A DNA stretch of 64,000 nt from Candidatus Zixiibacteriota bacterium (lineage in GTDB: Bacteria; Zixibacteria; MSB-5A5; SM23-73-2): the NCBI GenBank assembly GCA_030615745.1, contig JAUWYR010000001.1, positions 29,959 to 93,958 of the forward strand. Reading direction: 5' to 3'. Position numbers and translations under genes: made by a program. The notes below the pieces were generated by a model, which saw only the letters and a list, made by a program, of their open reading frames with translations, ran no database searches and was not told the DNA's origin. Below, in pieces: positions 15,880 to 26,100 of this stretch (its first letter is position 1; each line of letters opens with the position of its first letter).

Positions 15880-18015
15880 TTAAAAATGAATTCTTTCCTT
15901 TTTCTCAGGTTTTCTTTCCATAACCCGGAATTTTAATGTATCTGCTCCCTGAGCCAAAGGAGGTCCTGAATGAAGTCTGCAATACTCTTTGGGAACCGTC
16001 TGTTCGGTAAAGACCTCGGTGATCACCTTTGGGCACTCCTCGGTGGCAAGGTCTCCTGATTCTAAACATACTGTTCTGAAGACAATTCCAGGTGGAATCT
16101 CGAAATCTTTTTCGTCCAGACCAAGGTGGGCGAACTTCATGAACTCGGTCCACACAGGAAGTGCAGTTACTGCACCTGTTGAGTTTTCCCCGATTTTAGT
16201 TTTATCATCAAACCCTATCCATACACTGGAGGTTATCTGAGGTGTAAAGCCAATAAACCAGTTATCCATACATTCATCCGAGGTGCCGGTTTTTCCACCT
16301 GCGGTGCGATTAAACCCCCATAGCCTTACTCCCCTTCCAGTTCCAAAATCTATCACTGTCTGAAGCATCGTTGTTATTATGTAGGATGTCTGTGCAGACA
16401 ATATCTCTTCTTTTTTTGGGGTTGTGGTCTCCTCTAAGAGATTACCATATCTGTCAACCACCTTTAAAATGAATCTCGGTTCCACTCTGATCCCATGGTT
16501 GGGAAAGACTGAATAAGCATTGGTTATCTGAAGCAAAGTTACCTCAGAGGTTCCGATAGCTAAAGAGGGAACAGGTAAAAGAGGGGTCTTTATTCCCATC
16601 TTAGAGCCATAAAAAACAGCCTGCTGTGGACCTATTTTCTGAAGAAGCTTAATTGAGATCAGATTCCTTGAGACCCTTAAAGCTTCTCTTAAGGTCATTG
16701 GTCCTCTGAAGGTGTGGTCGAAATTCTCAGGTCGCCACTCCTTACCATCTCCCCCGATCAAGATTATCGGAGTATCGTAGATTATATCCACAGGTGTATA
16801 GCCATTTTCAATGGCAGCAGTGAAGACAAAAGGCTTGAATGCTGAGCCGGGCTGGCGAAGCGCCTGAACCGCTCTGTTGAATTCGCTCTCTTTAAAATCT
16901 CTGCCTCCAACCATTGCGATGATGTCGCCAGTCTCATTGTCTAAAGCAACTAAAGCACCTTGAATTTTTTTATACTCCCTTATCTCATTTGATAAACTGT
17001 CTTCATAAACTATGGTATAGTCCTCCTCATCGATTCCGTGGGTGTTTTCTATTTTCTTCTGGAGGGTATCAAGCTGAGTGGTTAATATTTTCTCCGCCTC
17101 ATTTTGCAGATTAGCCTTTAAGGTGGTGTAAACAGATAGTCCACCTGAATAGAGAATTTTCTCTCCATATTTTTCTAAAAGATATTGCCTTACCATCTCG
17201 GCGAAATATGGGGCATGATTAGAGGAGCCGATATTTAGGTTGATCTCGAGGGGAAGAGCTTTCAGGCTGTCGCACTGCTCTTTAGTCAGCTTCCCAAAAA
17301 TTTTTAAAGAATTCAAGACCAGATTCCTTCTATTCAAAGCCAACCTCGGATGATTAACAGGTGAGTAGCGACCTGGAGATTTCAAAAGTCCTATCAAAAG
17401 GGCACACTCAGAGAGGTTTAATTTGTCCACATTTTTGTTAAAATACATCTGAGCTGCTGCCTCAACACCATAGGTTCCTTTCCCAAAATAGCACTGATTC
17501 AGATACATCTCTAAAATCTCATCCTTGGAATAGTTCCTCTCGATCTTTATTGCTGTTAAAATCTCTTTGATCTTTCGTGCGATTGTTCTTTCCGGGGTTA
17601 AAAACAAAATCCTTGCGAGCTGTTGGGTGATTGTGCTTGTTGCTCTGATTTTCTTCATATTCACCAGGGCAACAAAGGATGCACGTGCTAAAGAGTAAAT
17701 ATTTACACCCCAGTGCGAATAGAATTTCCGGTCCTCTGTGGCTAAAAGTGCATCTAATAAATAGGGCGGCATATTTTTTAGAGGAACATAAATTCTCCTC
17801 TCAGAGAAAAATTCCTGCAAAAGCTCTCCATCAAAAGAATAGATTTTAGTGGATAAGCTGGGCTCAATATTTCTAAGTTGTGCTAATGATGGAAGGTCTT
17901 TTTTATAAACAGAATAGGTCTTTAAAACTGCAAAGACTGCAAGAGCAAAAAAAATAGAAAGAATTAAAATACTTAGCTTTCTTTTGCTTTTAAAAAAGGA
18001 TTTTTTTGAGTTCAT
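15880..18015 (-). CDS. mrcA: Penicillin-binding protein 1A (bifunctional glycosyltransferase/transpeptidase)
   Basis: 711 aa. GT51 motifs (EDRKFYSHWGV, TITQQLAR) and transpeptidase motifs (SAFKP, KTGTS). Confidence 0.9.
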   Translation of the reverse strand: MNSKKSFFKSKRKLSILILSIFFALAVFAVLKTYSVYKKDLPSLAQLRNIEPSLSTKIYSFDGELLQEFFSERRIYVPLKNMPPYLLDALLATEDRKFYSHWGVNIYSLARASFVALVNMKKIRATSTITQQLARILFLTPERTIARKIKEILTAIKIERNYSKDEILEMYLNQCYFGKGTYGVEAAAQMYFNKNVDKLNLSECALLIGLLKSPGRYSPVNHPRLALNRRNLVLNSLKIFGKLTKEQCDSLKALPLEINLNIGSSNHAPYFAEMVRQYLLEKYGEKILYSGGLSVYTTLKANLQNEAEKILTTQLDTLQKKIENTHGIDEEDYTIVYEDSLSNEIREYKKIQGALVALDNETGDIIAMVGGRDFKESEFNRAVQALRQPGSAFKPFVFTAAIENGYTPVDIIYDTPIILIGGDGKEWRPENFDHTFRGPMTLREALRVSRNLISIKLLQKIGPQQAVFYGSKMGIKTPLLPVPSLAIGTSEVTLLQITNAYSVFPNHGIRVEPRFILKVVDRYGNLLEETTTPKKEEILSAQTSYIITTMLQTVIDFGTGRGVRLWGFNRTAGGKTGTSDECMDNWFIGFTPQITSSVWIGFDDKTKIGENSTGAVTALPVWTEFMKFAHLGLDEKDFEIPPGIVFRTVCLESGDLATEECPKVITEVFTEQTVPKEYCRLHSGPPLAQGADTLKFRVMERKPEKKERIHF

Positions 18016-18207
18016 AATAAGAAAATTAACTTATCCATCTGAGGTGTCAAGGAAAATATTTTTGCACAGATGGATTCTATTTCTACAACTCTTCTGAAGT
18101 GCAAAGCTTCAGCTTTGCTTGTAAACCTGAAGGTTTATCGTCAAGATGCTTTGCACACTCCAAATTTTTTATCACTAGTGTAGTGTCTCACAAATAGCTT
18201 TACTATC

Positions 18208-18276
18208 CTGTCATTCCGGGCAAAGCGAGGAATCTCGGCAAGAGATTGCTTCGCCCACATGGGCTCGCAATGACAG
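18208..18276. repeat. Second copy of the GTCATT...GAGATTGCTTCGC...CTCGCAATGAC palindrome, nested inside AGTGTAGTGTCTC / GAGACACCACACT arms.
   Basis: Read directly. Confidence 0.65.
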
Positions 18277-18402
18277 TGTAAAGAAATGTTAGAGACACCA
18301 CACTATTTTTTAGGCACAAATTTATTCGTGCATTTTTTGCACAGATAGAATCTGTGCCTACAAGTTTTTCTCAACTCTGAGCGTTTTTAAATTAAAATTA
18401 GC

Positions 18403-18430
18403 TTGCATTTATAAGTTGAATAATTATAAT
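18403..18430 (+). promoter_or_regulatory. Sigma70-like promoter of tyrS: TTGCAT, 16 nt, TATAAT.
   Basis: Read directly. It lies inside the tracked 18416 start, which supports the 18464 start. Confidence 0.45.
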
Positions 18431-18463
18431 ATAATCAATATTTTTACGAATTTCGGAGGTTGG

Positions 18464-19678
18464 ATGTTAGGAGTAAAAGAGCAGATGGAAGTGATCAAAA
18501 GGGGAGCAGTGGAGATAATTCCAGAGGAGGAGCTTTTAAGGAAAATAAAAAATTCGATTAAAAGTGGAAAGCCCTTGAGGGTGAAACAGGGATTTGATCC
18601 GACTGCACCGGATATTCATCTTGGTCATACTGTGGGATTAAGGAAATTAAGGCAATTCCAGGAGCTGGGTCACAAGATTATTTTAATTATTGGTGATTAC
18701 ACCGGGATGGTTGGGGACCCATCGGGCAGGTCTATAACCCGACCTCAGCTCAGCTACAAGGAAGTGAGAGAAAATGCAGAGACTTACCAGAAGCAGTTTT
18801 TCAAGGTTATCGATAAGAGCAAAACCGAGGTTCATTTCAATGGCGAATGGTTCTCCAAGATGAGCTTTCAGGGAATCATCCAACTCGCTTCTAAATTCAC
18901 TTTGGCTCGAATGCTGGAAAGGGATGATTTCTCCAACCGATATTCTAAACAGGTCCCTATAAGTTTACATGAGCTTTTTTATCCTTTGATGCAAGGATAC
19001 GATTCAGTGGCTATCAAGGCTGATGTTGAAATAGGAGCAACAGAGCAAAAGTTCAATTTATTGACCGCAAGGCAAATTCAACAGGAGTATGGTGTGAAGC
19101 CTCAGGTTATTTTGACTTTACCGGTTTTGCCAGGAACTGATGGTGTGCAGAGGATGAGCAAATCAACTGGAAATTATATCGGTATCGATGAATCCCCAAA
19201 GCAAATCTTTGGAAAGATAATGTCAGTTCCGGATGATTTGATCTACCCCTATTTTGAGCTTTTGACAGATGTTTCATCTGAGGAGTTAAAAGAAATTAAG
19301 AATGATCTGGAGAAAAAAGAGAAAAATCCTATGGATTTTAAAAAGAGATTAGGAATAAAAATTGTTTCGATGTACCATTCAGAAAAAGAAGCTTTAGAAG
19401 CAAAAAAAGAATTTGAGAAAGTCTTTTCAAAAAAAGAGCTTCCAGAAGAAATTCCTATTTACGAATTGAGATATGAAAAGCCTAAGATCTGGATTGTAAA
19501 ACTTTTAACTATGACAGGATTGGTTTCCTCATCCAGTGAGGCCCGAAGGTTAATCAGACAGGGAGGAGTTTATTTGAATGGTAAAAGGGTGGATGATGAG
19601 AACTTGGAGATAAGTGTTGAAGAAGAAAAAGTTTTGAAGGTGGGGAAAAGGAAGTTTTTAAAGGTCATTAGTGCCTAA
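18464..19678 (+). CDS. tyrS: Tyrosine--tRNA ligase (type with a C-terminal S4 domain)
   Basis: HLGH (HIGH) and KMSKS motifs and an S4-like tail (ARRLIRQGGVYLNGKRV). The start was moved to the ATG 5 nt after GGAGG. Confidence 0.9.
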   Translation: MLGVKEQMEVIKRGAVEIIPEEELLRKIKNSIKSGKPLRVKQGFDPTAPDIHLGHTVGLRKLRQFQELGHKIILIIGDYTGMVGDPSGRSITRPQLSYKEVRENAETYQKQFFKVIDKSKTEVHFNGEWFSKMSFQGIIQLASKFTLARMLERDDFSNRYSKQVPISLHELFYPLMQGYDSVAIKADVEIGATEQKFNLLTARQIQQEYGVKPQVILTLPVLPGTDGVQRMSKSTGNYIGIDESPKQIFGKIMSVPDDLIYPYFELLTDVSSEELKEIKNDLEKKEKNPMDFKKRLGIKIVSMYHSEKEALEAKKEFEKVFSKKELPEEIPIYELRYEKPKIWIVKLLTMTGLVSSSSEARRLIRQGGVYLNGKRVDDENLEISVEEEKVLKVGKRKFLKVISA

Positions 19679-19745
19679 AGTAATAATTTAAGTCAATAAA
19701 CTAATTGCTTAGTGCATATAGCTTAAAAAATTTCCAATTTTTTCC

Positions 19746-19774
19746 TTGACAAAATAATTTTAACTTATTAATTT
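19746..19774 (+). promoter_or_regulatory. Possible promoter TTGACA, 17 nt, TAATTT, about 330 nt upstream of the giant ORF.
   Basis: Read directly. It would imply a long 5' leader. Confidence 0.3.
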
Positions 19775-20100
19775 AGTCTAAAATATTAGGGCAATGAGGG
19801 GGTACCCTATTTTTCAAGACCTTAAAATTTTCGTGATTTTGCATTATTTTAGGGATGATAATGATTTATTATCTTCCTTCTCTAAAAAAGTTAAATCTTT
19901 TTAACCAGGGGGTGAAATATGCATTCGCCTTAAGCTATTTTTTTTAAAGGTTTGAAGCTACCTGAAAACGCTTCAGGGAGTTAATCAGGGATGAGAAAAA
20001 TTCTTTTACTTAAGAAAGGAGGAATTGCCAAAAGTTACTATTATTAGGTTTCTCTTTTAATCCAAAATAAGAATTCAACTTTAAGTAGAAAGGAACTGAA

Positions 20101-23100
20101 ATGAACTGGAAAAAATTTAGGGCAATTATTTTATCCTGTTTTTTGGCTTTTCTTATTATTGGTTTGAATAGTGAGACTTTATCTGCTGAAGAGGAGGAGG
20201 TTTCGCCACCGCATGAAGCGGTGAATTTTCCAATGGATGAGGATCTGACCCTCCCATCTATTCTTTCCTCTCATAAGATCATAAAATCTCCTACCTCTGC
20301 TGAACTTTCCACCTGGCTTAAGGATTCGAAAGCTTCCCCTGTTACTCCTTTTGAGTTCCCCAGTATCCAGAAATTGGGCTTGGATACCTTCAAGCCACCA
20401 TCTGATAGAACCGGTGTTTCTGCTCCTAAAGTCTCGGTCACCTCCCCTGATTACACTTCGGCTCTTTCAGCTGGTGCCTATCGTCTGGTTGGACTTCAGG
20501 CTGATATAACCGAGGATAATGCTGGAAATGGTGACCCGGATGTGGACTTAGAGGATGGAGGCTGGGATTGGCAGGTCGATTCCACTATCACTGCACATAG
20601 TGGTTCACCAAGTCCTACCAACACCTATGGGGTAACTGCTGGAGGAGTTTTAGGTGCTTATATAGCACTGGGTGGAAAGCCTTTTCCTCCTGACCATAGC
20701 GTTCTTACTTCTTTGGAAGATGCCTATGCTGGAATGTTGGCTGATACCACAATTGATAGCGGTGGTGATTTTCAATTCTTGGTCAGGCTCTCAGAAAAAA
20801 CCGGGGACAGCAAATATGCCGATTTAGCTAAGGCGAGATATGATGCTAAAAAAACTCTATTGGGTGGTTCTAAAGCTTGGGCAGATAGTATTTTTGCCTG
20901 GAGAGCCGGACTACAAAATGGTATAATCCCTTTTGATATTAACTTATTGGCTGTGGGAGCTGCAAAACTAAATGATTATTTCCCAGGACAGGGGTATGAT
21001 TTCGATGCAGATACTTTCGCTCAAGCTATCTATGATGATATCTACAACGATACTCCCGGATATTTCGATGAGACCGATAAGACTGAATGGTGGTGGACTT
21101 TGGGTATTGCTGGAGCTTTGGAGGCTTTTACCGTTTCCGGAACTCACCCTACTGAAAGGGATGAACTGGCTGATACCCTTTTAAATTATCAGAATGATGG
21201 GATCACCAAAACACCCAAAGGCGCCTGGGACTGGAATGATACTTATACCGGTGGAGATTATCAGACCACAGCCTATGCTATTATGGCTCTTATGACTTAT
21301 GGAGGAACTCAAGCCGAATCTGCCTGTATAGAGGGTGTGAACTGGCTGGTGAGCGAGCAGAGGGCAAATGGCGGGTGGTATTGGGATGGTGGAAATGAAT
21401 GTACCGAAGAGGTAGGAGAGGTTCTCTGGGCTATCTCCCTTGTGGTTCCCACCGAAGTCTGGGTGGATGATGATTTTAATTCTTCCACTCCGGGATGGAG
21501 TTATGACCATTTTGATAAGATCCAGGATGGAGTGGATGCAGTTGCTGCTGGTGGAACTGTGCATGTGGCAGATGGAAACTACGATGCTACCACGAGTCCC
21601 TTTGTTAGAATCACTAAACCCTTGACCCTTCTTGGTGAGAGTCGGGATGGTGTCATCCTCGATGGCACAGGAACCAGCACAATTTCTTGGGCTAAAGGAA
21701 TCCACGTCACCGCAGATAGTGTTACTATCAAAAATCTCACAGTTCAGAACTTCGGTGCACCCGGCTATTGGGGATATGGAGTTTTGTTCCGCGATTATGC
21801 TCATGATACTCCTGGCGAAGGCTATATTTTCTATTATGGTTGTGTAGCAGAGAATGTCAAATCGCAAAATAATTGCTATCCTATGTATGCTTTGGTTAAT
21901 CGGAATTTAACGGTTCGTAACTGCCTTATTCAGGATAATCTTGGCGATGGGATGTTCATCGCGCGGGAATGCGATAACGTCATAATCACAGAGAACACGG
22001 TTTTGAATTCAGGAGATCATGGGATCTGGGTTGGAAAATGTTGGACGGGACTTGGTCCTTCTGATACTGCAACGATTACAGATAATTTCATAGATGGTGC
22101 ACGCGAGGGTGGAATCACCTTCTGTGCGAGCGATAGCGCTTTCATTTCAGGCAACGCCATCACCAATGTGAAGGGAGAAGAACCACCTGCCGGCTGGTCT
22201 GTGGGAGCTCTGAGCTTGAAGGACGGTGTGTCTAATGTGACCGTCTCCAATAACTATATCCATGGCAACGATGGTCTTGGCACTGGTTGCGGTCGTGGAG
22301 TTGGAGTGGATGGAACCTCATCTAATATCACTATTTTCGACAATATCATAAGTGATAACGCAGGTGAAGGTATCAAGGTGATTGGGTCTACTTCAGTTTG
22401 GAGTTGCAATTCTAACTATATCTGTTGCAATACCGGTTATGGAGCTGAGAACACTACTGGCACAACCTTGGATTTTGAGAACAACTGGTGGGGTGCATCT
22501 GATGGACCAAGTGGAGTAGGACCTGGCTCAGGTGATTCGGTCAGCACTAACGTGGATTATGACCCCTGGATGACTGTTTCTGTTGTCTGGGTGGATGATG
22601 ATTGGGCTGGAACTACTTGTGGTGATTCGGTTGGTGGACATCTTTTTGGCTATGATGCTTTTGCTACTATTCAAGATGGTATAGATGCGGAGGCTGTTGG
22701 TGGTGTTGTTTATGTGCATTTGGGCAACTATACCGAACAACTCATCATTCAAAAGGGTATAACTCTGGAAGGGATGACAAGCTCACCCAAGCCAAAGATT
22801 ATAGCACCAGCAGTTCGAGCCCCTGCTTTCCAGATCGCAGAATCTGGAAGGTGGTGGGATCCGGTTATCTTTATGGGTCTTAAAGCTGGGGCAGGAACTG
22901 CTAATATCACCGTTAAAGGATTTGAAATCGATGGACTTAACCTTGGGACAGCTGGCAACACTTTTGTTGCTATTTTGGCACGCAATGCCAATCCAGGCTT
23001 GATTAGAGACTGCGACATTCATGATTTTCACAACACGTTCAATTCTGATATGGGCAGTGGCATCATGATTTATGGCAACAGCAATGTGGCGGTGAAGAAT

Positions 23101-26100
23101 AATGGGGTGAGCGCTTTCTCCAAAAACGGAATCACCGCAAATGGTGATTTTGGTCCTTCAGTTGATCCAACGGTCACGATCGATAGCAACACCGTGATTG
23201 GGGACGGCTACATCACCACAGTGGCTCAGAACGGCATTCAGGTTGGGTTTGGAGCAGGAGGCGTGGTTCATGCAAATACTATTTCTGATATTGGATGGAT
23301 CTGGGATGGGACCGGAACCCATTGGGTATCATCTGGAATCTTACCAGCAGTATATAACAATTACTATGCTCCTGGCCCAGTTGTGCATTGCACTGATAAT
23401 ATTATCACCGATGTTCAGTGTGGGATATATTACTCTGATGGAAATGGGAATGCAATTGGAAATTCTTACACCATGACAAATTCTGATGGATTGGATGCTG
23501 GTGATCCAGCATATGCATATTATGTTGGTATTCTTGGATGTGACCCTGTAGAGGGTGCACCGATTCCTAAAGTTTCGCCTTTTGAGGATCAGGGCACAGG
23601 TGAAGGAGTTGGTCCTCCACCCCTTAGGAAGCCGGCAGCTATTTTGACCTATGATTTCAGCAATAATATATTGATTGGAGATTCCAAAAATACAAGTGAA
23701 GGAATATACTTTTACAATTGGTCAGGAGGTGCTCATACCTTAGTGGGGACTGCCACAAACAATACTGTAAAATACTTTAGCTGGGGATTGAGTAGCGATT
23801 CGGATGGATCAACTGTGAACGTAACGTTCAATGACAACACCGTAGCTTGCAACACTGTTTTGGGAATTTACATTGGTGGTGGAACCACAGCCAGCTTGCT
23901 CTACAATAACTCTCTTTTTGGTAATGCACAGAATGCCCAGGATGATGGAACTCCTCCAAATGCATGGGATGATGGCTCTGTTGGGAACTTCTGGGATGAC
24001 TGGGCTTCTAATTCCGGATATCCAACTATCTATAATGTCCCCGGAACAGCCGGCAGTGTGGACAATTATCCTCAAGCTCCTTCTGTTGTCTGGGTAGATG
24101 ATGATTGGGCAGGAACTGCTTGCGGTGATTCGGTTGGCGGACATCTTTTTGGCTATGATGCTTTTGCTACTATTCAAGATGGTATAGATGCGGTGGCTGA
24201 TGCTGGAATAGTCAAGGTCTTAGAAGGAACTTATAACCCATTCATTGTGGATGCCAAGTCGGTTACAGTGGAGGGGCAAAGCGATGTGATAGTAACCGGA
24301 AACCAGACCGTCACTACCGCCTATGGTGATAGGAGCACCATCATCTTCGTTAAGAGTTCTACTGATGTTACACTGAAAAATCTGAATGTTCAGGGACCAG
24401 TTAGTGGAACTCCTCGATACGGTATTATCTTCCAGGGTGTCACCGGAGAGTTTATCCAAGGAACTGTTTCCCCCAATAATGTGGATGAATGGAGTAATGG
24501 ATGCGGTATCGGGATTTGGGGAACCTCAGATGTGGATATAAAAGAGTCCACAGTGAGAAACTTCGGTAAGGTTGGAATTTTCTATTATGCTGCCAGCGGT
24601 CAGATTCTGGACTGCACCGTGGAGGGAGTAGTATTTAATGACTCTCTCAGGCTTACCAATGCTATTGAGCCAGATTATGGTTCGAGCGTTGATATTATTA
24701 ACACCGAGGTTTACAACAGCCGCAATCTCCATCCCAATCCTGCCTGGGCATCGATCGGTATTCTAAGTTATGGATGGGGTGTCCCCACGACTGTGAATGT
24801 CTACGATTGTAATATCCACGACAACGATTATGGGATATGGACTGCATTAGGTTCTGCAGCCAACAGTCACTTCAATTTCAACGACATTTTGGGAAATTAC
24901 CAATATGGCTTTTATAACGCTGAAGGAGTCTTGGCAGATGCTAATCTGAACTACTGGGGTGATTATAGTGGTCCAACTCTTCCTGGCGATGGAGATCTGA
25001 GAGGAACTTCTGTTTTGGCTTTGGCTTCACCAATGGTTCTTGAGAAGGGTTTAAAGAGCGGTTCTGTGACTCCTATTAACTCAAGCCAGACTGAGGGCGA
25101 TGTCACCTTGTCCAAAACCTCAGGGGTCTTGGGCACAGGTGATGCAATCAGCGATTCCGTAACTTATAGTCCCTGGCTAGGCTATCCTGTAGGGACTGTA
25201 CCTATGACCTATCATGTGGATACCACCGGTAAGATCCAATTAGCTATTGATACCAGCTCTGCTGGAGATACGGTTAAGGTGCATGAGGGTGCTTTCAACG
25301 AGAATCTGGTGATAAACCAATCGATTGCCCTTTTGGGCTCTGGTCAATCCACAACAACCATCTATCCGGATAGCTCAGACATAGGCATTCCAAATCCAGA
25401 GGTGGGACCTAGTTTTAGAGGTTCACAGATGGTTGTGGTTGAGGCTACTGACGTTTTAATTGATGGATTTATCTTCGACGGAGATAGTCCTACTTTAACC
25501 CCACCTGGAACCATAGATGCTCGCAATGGAATCATAACTAACTATAATACTGGAAACTGGAATAACCTAACTGTTCAGAATTGCACTGTTAAAAATATCT
25601 ATTTCAGAGGAATCTATGCTTCAGCTATGACAGCTAATAATCTCACCGGGATAAATTTCAACCACAACACAGTGGATAATGTAAATGGCTCGTCCTTTGA
25701 ATCCTTGGGTCTGATGTTCTGGGGTGCATCTGGAACCATAACCCATAACACCATCACCAATTCATCTATCGGTGCTATGTTTCACTGGTATTCGGATGGT
25801 AATCTGGATTCTAATATTGCTTCTGGTTGCGAACTCGGGTTTGCGGTGAACAGCAACGACCAAACTACCACCCTTTCTAGCAATACTATTACAGATTCAG
25901 ATCAAGGAATCCAAACAATTAGCGTAGATGCTTTAGCAACTGTTTCCGATAACATCATCACCGACTGTAAAGAGGGTATAGTATTGTATGGTGGAGGACC
26001 TGGATTAACTGATGTGGTGAATAACCTGATAGATGGTCCAGAGGCTTATCCTGCTATTGGTCTTTATGCATCCACTGATCTCGGCATCTGGGGAATGGGA

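Noticed and set aside
18016-18463. Checked for a T-box leader upstream of tyrS.
   Set aside because: I found no specifier-loop/T-box (AANNNGGGTGGTACCGCG-like) sequence and no terminator/antiterminator pair. A promoter sits only about 35 nt before the start codon.
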